A stretch of DNA of 12,619 nucleotides from Octopus sinensis (Eukaryota), in NCBI RefSeq assembly GCF_006345805.1, contig NW_021826551.1:1-12619 (forward strand), given 5' to 3'. Shown piece by piece: positions 1 through 7,925 of the stretch. A program made the position numbers and the translations under genes. Under the pieces are notes generated by a model. The model worked only from the letters and a program-made list of their open reading frames with translations, was not told the DNA's origin and did no database searches. How positions within the stretch are numbered: the stretch's first letter is position 1; every line of letters begins with the position of its first letter.

Positions 1-960
1 AGCCTCGGGCAGACCAATGCCTTGTGAGTGGATTTGGTAGACGGAAACTGAAAGAAGCCTGTCGTATATATGTATATAGGCGCAGGAGTGGCTGTGTGGT
101 AAGTAGCTTGCCTACCAACCACGTGGTTCCGGGTTCAGTCCCACTGCGTGGCAACTTGGGTAAGTGTCTTCTGCTATAGCCTCGGGCAGACCAATGCCTT
201 GTGAGTGGATTTGGTAGACGGAAACTGAAAGATGCCTGTCGTATATATGTATATAGGCGCAGGAGTGGCTGTGTGGTAAGTAGCTTGCCTACCAACCACA
301 TGGTTCCGGGTTCAGTCCCACTGCGTGGCAACTTGGGTAAGTGTCTTCTGCTATAGCCTCGGGCAGACCAATGCCTTGTGAGTGGATTTGGTAGACGGAA
401 ACTGAAAGATGCCTGTCGTATATATGTATATAGGCCGCGAGGCTGTGTGGTAAGTAGCTTGCCTACCAACCACATGGTTCCGGGTTCAGTCCCACTGCGT
501 GGCAACTTGGGTAAGTGTCTTCTGCTATAGCCTCGGGCAGACCAATGCCTTGTGAGTGGATTTGGTAGACGGAAACTGAAAGATGCCTGTCGTATATATG
601 TATATAGGCGCAGGAGTGGCTGTGTGGTAAGTAGCTTGCCTACCAACCACATGGTTCCGGGTTCAGTCCCACTGCGTGGCAACTTGGGTAAGTGTCTTCT
701 GCTATAGCCTCGGGCAGACCAATGCCTTGTGAGTGGATTTGGTAGACGGAAACTGAAAGATGCCTATCGTATATATGTATATAGGCGCAGGAGTGGCTGT
801 GTGGTAAGTAGCTTGCCTACCAACCACATGGTTCCGGGTTCAGTCCCACTGCGTGGCAACTTGGGTAAGTGTCTTCTGCTATAGCCTCGGGCAGACCAAT
901 GCCTTGTGAGTGGATTTGGTAGACGGAAACTGAAAGAAGCCTATCGTATATATGTATATA
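1..960 (+). repeat. Tandem array (satellite) of a 177-bp unit derived from the 5' half of a tRNA-derived SINE
   Basis: Units start at 79, 256, 433, 607, 784 and 961 (177, 177, 174, 177, 177 bp), plus a partial unit at 1-78. All start at ggcgcaggagtggctgtgtgg (variant ggccgcgaggctgtgtgg at 433) and end at the tatatatgtatata tract. Only a few differences between units. Confidence 0.97.
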
Positions 961-1372
961 GGCGCAGGAGTGGCTGTGTGGTAAGTAGCTTGCCTACCAA
1001 CCAGGTGGTTCCGGGTTCAGTCCCACTGCGTGGCAACTTGGGTAAGTGTCTTCTGCTATACCCTCGGGCAGACCAATGCTTTGTGAGTGGATTTGGTAGA
1101 CGGAAACTGAAAGAAGCCTGTCGTATATATGTATATATATGTATATGTATGTGTGTGTATATGTTTGTGTCTGTGTTTGTCCTCCTAGCATTGCTTGACA
1201 ACCGATGCTGGTGTGTTTACATCCCCGCCACTTAGCTGTTCGGCAAAAGAGACCGATAGAATAAGTACTGGGCTTACAAAGAATAAGTCCTGGGGTCGAG
1301 TTGCTCGACTAGAGGCGGTGCTCCAGCATGGTCGCAGTCAAATGACTGAAACAAGTAAAAGAGTAAAGAGTA
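961..1372 (+). mobile_element. Full-length tRNA-derived SINE (family A); last unit of the array, continuing into SINE body and tail
   Basis: A-box-like TGGCTGTGTGG and B-box-like GGTTCAGTCCC, internal TA/TG microsatellite, 3' part ...ctccagcatggtcgcagtcaaatgactgaaacaagtaaaagag. Collinear second copy at 4532-4925. Confidence 0.88.
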
Positions 1373-1440
1373 AAGAGAGAGAGTGGGGGACCAAGAAGGG
1401 GATGTTTTATGTGGTCAGCGGACAATCTAGATGCAGCAGC

Positions 1441-1871
1441 GAAAGGTGTGGCTGTATCGTATGAAGTTTGCTTCCCGACCACATGGATCTGGGTTCAGTC
1501 CCGCTGTGTGGCATCTTGAACAATGTCTTCTGCTATAACAGTGGTTTCTAAACTTTTGGGGGCTGCCCCCACCTTGACCCCAGGCCACATTCCTTGCGCC
1601 CCCACCTGAACAAACCATCACAAATATAGATCTCTTTCTGAAGCAAATACAAAGCAACTGCATTTCACATTATTTTGGACCCATTATTTTGTTGTTTTTA
1701 CATCAATTGCCTCACCATTATCGCTGCACATTTTACATGAATCACCCCACCATTATAGTCCCACATTTTTCAATGAGCCGTTGGAATTTTCTACCGCCCT
1801 CAGGGGCACACTACCGGCCATTTCCGGAACCTTGTGAGTGGATTCGGCTAATGGTAACTCAAAGAGGCTTG
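1441..1871 (+). mobile_element. Degenerate SINE family A 5' half, interrupted by a DNA transposon
   Basis: 1445-1538 matches the SINE head (ccacatggatctgggttcagtcccgctgtgtggcatc...tcttctgctata). The SINE resumes at ~1830 (ccttgtgagtggattcggctaatggtaactcaaagagg) and ends at (TA)n. Confidence 0.8.
1539..1831. mobile_element. hAT (Charlie-like) non-autonomous element / MITE
   Basis: Left end CAGTGGTTTCTAAAC followed by C/G-rich gcccccacc subterminal motifs. Right end ggggcacactaccggccatttccggaacc resembles a degenerate, clipped ...GTTTGGGAACCACTG terminus. Inserted after gctataa. TSD not recoverable. Confidence 0.6.
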
Positions 1872-1933
1872 TATATATATATATATATATTATATAGTAT
1901 ATATATATATTATATATATATATATATATATAT
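1872..1933. repeat. (TA)n microsatellite
   Basis: Seen directly in the sequence. Confidence 0.95.
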
Positions 1934-2090
1934 TGTGAAATAGAAATTGTGAAATGGAATAATCTTGTTGCAGATTAATCAAAAGTTTAACCGATACCTT
2001 GGTAGCAAAATCACAGCAGAGACAGCACGGTTGGAGATACAACCATATGGTGTTGCAACCGTGGGTGGTGCGGATAATTGAATTTTAATA

Positions 2091-2492
2091 TATTAGTGAA
2101 TTGAAGAAAGGAGTTGAACGAAGATTGAACAGAAATCGTTATTGCATTCTACACGTGTTTCGAAAGGCACAATTTACCAAATTCCGATTGAATAAGGAGA
2201 CATATTGTGTCTTTCTCTTCAGGAAGAAATAGGAAATCGTTGGAAAAAACAAAACAGAACAGAGGCGGAGCAAAACAAATCGAACGAGCCTCGTTCGATT
2301 TTTTGCTCCGCCTCTGTTCTGGTTTTGTTTTTTCCAACGGATTTCCTATTTCTTCCTGAAGAGAAAGACACAATATGGTCTCCTTATTCAATCGGAATTT
2401 GTAAATTGTGCCTTTCGAAAAACACGTGTAAGATGCAATAAAACGATTTCTGTTCAATCTTCGTTCAACTCCATTTCTTCAATTCACTAATA
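2091..2492. repeat. Long near-perfect inverted repeat (palindrome): arms 2091-2288 and 2290-2492, 1-nt spacer
   Basis: Centre cgaacgag-c-ctcgttcg. Arms align end to end (tattagtgaa...ttcactaata) with only small indels. Mirrored ORFs 2205..2441(+) and 2149..2457(-) share peptide segments such as CLSLQEEIGN. Confidence 0.97.
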
Positions 2493-2685
2493 ATATTATA
2501 TATATATTATATATAATATATATATATAGAGGAGAGAGAGAGAGAGAAGAGAGAGAGAGAATTAAATAAATGAAATAAAAACCTTGTAGGTACATTTTTA
2601 TTATTCTAATTTATAATTATATCAAATATATTTTATATAATAAAAATTTTTATATATTATAAATATTATATATATATTATATATA

Positions 2686-2735
<50 letters not shown>
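2493..2735. repeat. AT-rich low complexity with (TA)n and (GA)n
   Basis: Seen directly in the sequence. Confidence 0.9.
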
Positions 2736-2739
2736 GTAG

Positions 2740-2934
2740 GTGCCATGATTATCCGCTAGCTCCAAAAGTTATTTTTTATTCTCTGTCTGTTTATTTCCTC
2801 GTGTACCTTTATGTACAAGAGCGAAGGCTCGAAACGTAAAAGGCTTTCTCACCTTCCCGAGCGTTAAACAAATTCACCCATTTGTTGTTTATACACCTGT
2901 CTTCGTCTTTTGTTCGTCTGTAAATTTCAACTAA
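2740..2934 (+). mobile_element. ~190-bp dispersed repeat, copy 1 (candidate Penelope-like pLTR remnant)
   Basis: Similar to 3135-3330(-) and 4312-4497(+): gccatgat...gagcgnaggctcgaaacgt...cccgagcgttaaac...gtcttcgtc. Contains a hammerhead-like motif. The PLE assignment is inference. Confidence 0.65.
2806..2843 (+). ncRNA. Variant minimal type I hammerhead-like motif (degenerate core)
   Basis: ccttt-ATGTACAA-gagc(gaag)gctc-GAAAC-GT-A-aaagg: 5-bp stem I, 4-bp stem II, loopless ACGT stem III. Core differs from CUGANGA at several positions. Confidence 0.35.
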
Positions 2935-2935
2935 T

Positions 2936-3017
2936 ATATATGTGTGTGTGTGTGCATAAATATATATATATATATGCATATTTATATATGTACATATATA
3001 TACATATACATATATAT

Positions 3018-3113
<96 letters not shown>

Positions 3114-3134
3114 TATATAATATATATATATATA
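2936..3134. repeat. (TA)n/(TG)n compound microsatellite
   Basis: Seen directly in the sequence. Confidence 0.95.
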
Positions 3135-3329
3135 ACGGCAAAGTTTATGAGAATAAACAAAAGACGAAGGCAGGTGGAGTACAAACAAACAAATGTATTA
3201 GTATAGCGCTCAGGAATAGAAATAGAAAAAATCTTTTACGTTTCGAGCCTACGCTCTTCGGTAGAAGATACACAGAAAGAAACAAGGAGAGAAAAAAAAT
3301 GCGTGTAGGAGCTAACGATCTATCATGGC

Positions 3330-3330
<1 letters not shown>
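3135..3330 (-). mobile_element. ~190-bp dispersed repeat, copy 2 (inverted relative to copy 1)
   Basis: Reverse complement reads cgccatgatagatcgttagctcc...gaagagcgtaggctcgaaacgtaaaaga...cctgagcgctatactaatac...gccttcgtcttttg. Confidence 0.65.
3232..3268 (-). ncRNA. Variant minimal type I hammerhead-like motif (degenerate core)
   Basis: Minus strand reads tctt-CTACCGAA-gagc(gtag)gctc-GAAAC-GT-A-aaaga. Confidence 0.35.
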
Positions 3331-3369
<39 letters not shown>

Positions 3370-3373
3370 ACAT

Positions 3374-3717
3374 AAAGGGTAAAGACCCCCTTCGGTCATG
3401 AATGACCATGGGATTGCACCTAGAAAGTTACCCTCCTAGACACAAGTCCGGGCAAGGTTGTTTATGGAAGACCAGCAGTCGCCCATGCAAACCAGCCTCC
3501 CCTCTCCACGCCACCAGTGTTATCCAAGGGAAAGACAAGGGTCGATACAGCTTGGCACCAGTGACGTCGCAACTCATTTCTACAGCTGAGGGAACTGGAG
3601 CAACGTGAAATAAAGTGCTTTGCTCAAGAACACAACACGCAGCCCGGTCCGGGATTCGAGCTCACAACCTCATGATCGTAAGCTCGACGCTCTAACCACT
3701 GAGCCATGCGCCTTCAC
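3374..3717 (-). mobile_element. tRNA-derived SINE (family B)
   Basis: Minus-strand head gtgaaggcgcaTGGCTCAGTGGttagagcg...gaGCTCGAATCCC carries A/B boxes. Body gtgttgtgttcttgagcaaagcac...; tail ...ggtcattcatgaccgaagggggtctttaccc. Confidence 0.85.
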
Positions 3718-3721
3718 GCAT

Positions 3722-3776
3722 GTATACATACATACATACATACATACATACATACATACATACATACATACACACG
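3722..3776. repeat. (TACA)n microsatellite
   Basis: Seen directly in the sequence. Confidence 0.95.
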
Positions 3777-4311
3777 CAGATTAATGCTTCTCTATAGGAG
3801 TTAATTTGTTGATGTGTTCCCCGGAGACCGCTCGTAAAGAATAATGTCGTAAAGCAGAGCAATAATTTCCCATAGTAGCAATGTTATAAATCGGTTTACC
3901 TATAAAATTTGAAATACTCGTAAATAAATGGCAATAAAATAATAGTAGAATGTAAAGAATATTTTATGTAAAGTAAGAAACGAGTGTCAAGATCATTTAT
4001 AGTAAAAAAACTATTATTATCATAATCGTTTTCTGAATCACTTTCACTTGCATTAGTCTCGCACACACCATCACTTGTAGACGCGATCACCGATTCACAA
4101 GCACCCGTAGTCAGACCCGTAGATTTCACTTACAAAAACAAGTCTAGATTTGTATCCTTAGAAGTTCGTTTTCGATCTCTATAAATTACTTGGTAACATA
4201 CTGAAGCATTTGTTACGATAATAGAATCTTCTGCACTCCGTTCAAAATTTGGATCTTGTGTTTGAAAGATAAAACTCGTAAACCCGCGATCTCGTAAAAC
4301 AGGTCATCGGA

Positions 4312-4497
4312 CGCAATGATAGATCGCTAGCCACTACACATTCTTTATTTTCTCTCCTTGTTTCTTCCTGTGGTCCTTTCTGTGGAAGAGCGTAGGCTCG
4401 AAACGTTGAAGACCTTTTCACTTCCCGAGCGTTAAACTGATACATCTGTTTGTTGTCTACACTATAGGTCTTCGACTTTTTTTTTGTGAATTCTCCC
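4312..4497 (+). mobile_element. ~190-bp dispersed repeat, copy 3
   Basis: cgcaatgatagatcgctagc...gaagagcgtaggctcgaaacgt...cttcccgagcgttaaactgatac...; ends at (TA)n. Confidence 0.65.
4372..4414 (+). ncRNA. Variant minimal type I hammerhead-like motif (best preserved copy)
   Basis: ggtccttt-CTGTGGAA-gagc(gtag)gctc-GAAAC-GT-T-gaagacc. Stem I is ggtc/gacc plus ttt/gaa with a bulged C. Confidence 0.45.
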
Positions 4498-4531
4498 TAT
4501 ATATATATATATATATATATACATAGAATAT

Positions 4532-4923
4532 GGCGCAGGAGTGACTGTGTGGTAAGTAGCTTCATTACCAACCACATGGTTCCGGGTTCAGTTCCACTGC
4601 ATGGCAACTTGGGCGAGTGTCTTCTACCATAGCCTCGGACCGACCAAAGCCTTCTGAGTGGATTTGGTAGACGGAAACTGAAAGAAGCCCGTCGTATATA
4701 TGTATGTATATATATGTATATGTGTGTGTATATGTTGTGTATCTGTGTTTGTCCCCCCAACATTGCTTGACAACCCGTCACTTAGCGGTTCGGCAAAAGA
4801 GACCGATAGAATAAGTACTAGGCTTACAAAGAATAAGTCCTGGGGGTCGATTTGCTTGACTAAAGGCGGTGCTCCAGCATGGCCACTGTCAAATGACTGA
4901 AACAAGTAAAATGAATAAAAGAG

Positions 4924-4925
<2 letters not shown>
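4532..4925 (+). mobile_element. Full-length SINE family A
   Basis: Collinear with 961-1372 apart from a short internal deletion near 4775. Flanked by (TA)n. Confidence 0.88.
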
Positions 4926-4964
<39 letters not shown>

Positions 4965-4965
<1 letters not shown>

Positions 4966-5034
4966 CAAATATAAAATAACAAGGATATCCAGAGGTAATG
5001 CATTACCTCTGGATATCCTTGTTGCTTATTTTGA
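4965..5034. repeat. Short palindrome with perfect 23-bp arms (4978-5000 / 5001-5023) and degenerate outer arms
   Basis: aacaaggatatccagaggtaatg|cattacctctggatatccttgtt; outer tcaaatataa / ttattttga. Confidence 0.92.
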
Positions 5035-5238
5035 CTATAATCACACCATTTTGAATTATATGGACAATACCCTACTAAATTCTGGTGCCTTTAACTTAAG
5101 TACCATATCCATCTGAATCTAAATTTTACTGGACTTATATATATATATATACTTACAACATTTAATAAAATGATGTAGTACGAAACGATCGTACCAAATT
5201 ACCGGAGTCATTCTTGTTGCTTATTTTGAGTATATATA

Positions 5239-5596
5239 TCTTTATATATAAAAGTGAAGTTGTGTTTCTGTCTCCTACGATTTAGATTCCTAACTACTCC
5301 CACATTTTGCGGTGCAGTGTAACCAAAAGCAGGTATCTTATAGTCGTGATTCATATCGAGCCCTTCTGGGTATTAGCGCGCGTCTACGATGAGTCTACGA
5401 TTTTTTTTCGCTATTATATAAGGGAAGTAAGTCTCTAAAAATGTCTACGATGAGTCAACGATTTAAAAAAAAATTTACTATAATTTTTTTCCATTTTTAA
5501 TGCATTTTTTTGGCTATTTTTTGGCTATAACTCTCTAAAAATGTTTATATAGTTATTTCCCTTACAAACCCGAGCAACTCCGGGCGATACTGCTAG
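5239..5596 (+). mobile_element. Non-autonomous Helitron
   Basis: A|TC 5' end (a|tctttatatataaaag), 3' GC-rich hairpin cccgag-caa-ctccggg (5569-5584), terminal CTAG|T (5593-5597), no TSD. All are canonical Helitron hallmarks. Confidence 0.85.
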
Positions 5597-5700
5597 TATA
5601 TATATATATACCGAGTGGGAGAGAGAAAGATTATAGAGATAGATAGATAGATAGATAGAAAAGGGTAGGCGGATGGACAGACGGACAGACGGACAGACAG
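5597..5700. repeat. (TA)n, (GATA)n and (GACG/GACA)n microsatellites
   Basis: Seen directly in the sequence. Confidence 0.9.
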
Positions 5701-6057
5701 AGAGGCATTTAGACATTAACAGGAATTGAAGTAAAGGTTTTCATCATTAGTCCGCTTCTTCCGAGCTAAACTGAGTCTACACTAACAACCAGAAAATCTA
5801 AAAAATCTTGAATCAGTTTGGAATTTCAATCTAAAAACGAACCTTTATCGTGAATTCTAGAACATCAACGCTGTTAGCCGGGGCAGGAAAATAAACAAAC
5901 AACAAGGAGATAAATAAAGGTATACTAAAATTCTTGAAAAAATTTCAGAATGTGACCTTACACTGTTGGTCTTGTCTAAAACTAAATAATGTGGCTTTTG
6001 TTTATTATTTCCAAGATCAGCTTCGTCTTCTCTATAAAAGGAATGCGGAGTAGTACA

Positions 6058-6077
6058 TGTATATATACACACACACA

Positions 6078-6124
<47 letters not shown>

Positions 6125-6391
6125 GTACATATGCGCATATATATATGTATATGTATAAGTATACATGTACATACACATAGAGGTATAAGTATATAAATAT
6201 ACAGTAAAAATGTATGTATATATATATGTATATATATATTTCTATAAATATACACACACATATATATATACATATAGTTATATGAATGCAAACGAATATA
6301 TGTATATACATGCATATAAATATATATATACATGCGTATATATGTATATATATGTATGTATGTAACTATATATACATGCATACACTCTCAC

Positions 6392-6453
<62 letters not shown>

Positions 6454-6500
6454 GTATGTATACACACACAGATATGTATATATGTGTGTGTGAATGTTTG
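6058..6500. repeat. Compound TA/CA/TG/TATG microsatellite
   Basis: Seen directly; accounts for the I/Y/H-rich ORFs here. Confidence 0.95.
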
Positions 6501-6677
6501 TATGCAAACAGAAAACGTGTGTTTTGTAATATCAAACTCTAAAACGAGGCCGTGTAGTGTAAGGAAGGAACGCTTTCGGCAGCGACAACACACTAACCGT
6601 TATCCAAATTTCAAAGACTGGCCCTTGTTCTTTACAAAAAGAACGCTTCCTTATATTTGTGAAGAAATACCAAGATT

Positions 6678-6757
6678 ACACACACACACACACACATGCA
6701 TGCACAAACACATACACACAGACACATTCACACACACAACACACAGACATACACATA
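6678..6757. repeat. (CA)n-rich microsatellite
   Basis: Seen directly in the sequence. Confidence 0.9.
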
Positions 6758-6880
6758 AGCTTGTGCAGTTAAAAAGGAACAAAAAAACCTTGTTATCGAT
6801 GGAATTTGGTCTGGGTTTACCAAATATGTGCTCACATGAAATCCTGCAAAAACATTTCGGACTTTGTTGTTATTTTTCAG

Positions 6881-6905
6881 GACTGGATTCTTAGATGAGA
6901 GCAAA
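6881..6905 (+). other. Candidate 25-nt micro-exon of an unidentified host gene
   Basis: actttgttgttatttttcag|GACTGGATTCTTAGATGAGAGCAAA|gtatgt. One open frame (x-TGFLDESK). Splice signals only. Confidence 0.3.
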
Positions 6906-6949
6906 GTATGTCTCTATGTCTTAAGGCCTTAAGTGGAAATCCTTAAAAA

Positions 6950-6953
6950 ATAC

Positions 6954-6987
<34 letters not shown>

Positions 6988-7160
6988 GGGGGAGAGAGAG
7001 AGGAGAGGGAGGGAGGGAGAGAGAGATAAACATATATATATATATATATATACATACCAACATACGTACACACACATACACATACATGCATAATTACATA
7101 TATTGGTCCACATTTCATAGACAGATTGATAGACAGATATACAGACAAACAGACAGACAG
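6950..7160. repeat. Compound TA/GA/GGGA/CA/GACA microsatellite
   Basis: Seen directly in the sequence. Confidence 0.92.
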
Positions 7161-7207
7161 ACTGAAACTTAAGAAGTGAAAAAATACACATGCAACTATA
7201 CGTACAT

Positions 7208-7590
7208 AGAGATATCCCGTCACACTTGGTATGTTCCAGGATCGTAAAGAAATTGAAAGAAAAACAAAGAGAACACAATCCACCAAAATTTGAAATAGGA
7301 AGAATTTGGAGTGTGCGAACAGTAAAGGTCGTGTCTATAATAATTGGTGCGTTGGGAAGAGTAAGGATAGATATAGACAAATGGCTGAAGGAGATTGAAA
7401 TAGAATGTCCGGTAGAACTCCTACAGAAAGTTTGTCTCTAAGGGACAGCAAGTATTATCAGGAGGGTCCTAAGTACTTGAAAGACTGCTGAAAACTTCTA
7501 GATACTTAAGGTTACAGGTAGTAATCCGCCATCCAAATAATCCCTACAGGGGATATACTGAACTCTGAGGCAAACCAAAATAAAAATAAT
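7208..7590 (+). mobile_element. R4/Dong-like RLE non-LTR retrotransposon 3' fragment 1 (decayed)
   Basis: Frame of ORF 7190..7441 reads EIGRIWSVRTVKVVSIIIGALG...KWLKEIEI...LLQKVCL*GTASIIRRVLST* (stop 7478-7480), the RLE C-terminus. 3' UTR ends in aaataaaaataat. Confidence 0.82.
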
Positions 7591-7595
7591 AGTAA

Positions 7596-7830
7596 ATTGG
7601 TGCACTTGAAAGTACCAGCACTCAGCTACCAAAATGGCTAAAAAAAACTGATGCAAGGGTGAAGGTAGAACACCTATAAAAATTATCGTTGCTTGGAACT
7701 GCAAGAATTCTTCGCAGGATTCTTGGAGCATGACCAGTAAACAAGTGTCACCTTAGTCTGCTGGCTGTGGACAGCTGACACATTCCCTCATACCCAGCAA
7801 AATAAGCTGTGAATTTTCATATAATAAAAA
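7596..7830 (+). mobile_element. R4/Dong-like 3' fragment 2 (different subfamily), stacked on the tail of fragment 1
   Basis: 7596-7733 translates IGALESTSTQLPKWLKKTDARVKVEHL*KLSLLGTARILRRILGA* (not in the ORF track). Followed by a 3' UTR and (AAT)n. Confidence 0.8.
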
Positions 7831-7844
7831 ATAACAACGACTAC

Positions 7845-7909
<65 letters not shown>

Positions 7910-7925
7910 CAATAATAATAATAAT
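7831..7925. repeat. (AAT)n microsatellite
   Basis: Seen directly in the sequence. Confidence 0.97.

Noticed and set aside
40-65. Hammerhead in the SINE satellite (GGAAAC and CTGAAAGA in each unit)
   Set aside because: The motifs are adjacent and in the wrong order within a unit, the core has an extra base, and no stem II or III closes them.
1-1125. CRISPR-like array
   Set aside because: Units are contiguous near-identical 177-mers with no unique spacers, the context is eukaryotic, and there are no cas genes.
906-1464. ORFs 906..1235, 941..1201, 994..1191 and 1195..1464 as genes
   Set aside because: They are translations of SINE and microsatellite sequence.
2079-2492. TGA at 2079 as selenocysteine with the hairpin as a SECIS
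   Set aside because: There is no ATGA quartet motif on the + strand of the hairpin, and a near-perfect 200-bp stem is not SECIS-like.
2809-3399. I/Y-rich ORFs here and at 4624-4968, 5982-6894, 6921-7380, 8403-8738 and 11871-12590
   Set aside because: They are products of (TA)n, (CA)n and (GATA)n tracts, which lack stop codons in some frames.
3640-3717. True tRNA genes at SINE heads (also 11126-11200)
   Set aside because: A/B boxes are present, but I could not close a cloverleaf or acceptor stem, and the heads run into SINE bodies.
3896-4129. Minus-strand ORF as a real protein or Penelope N-terminus
   Set aside because: DLDTRFLLYIKY only vaguely recalls PLE N-termini, and there is no supporting motif order or RT region.
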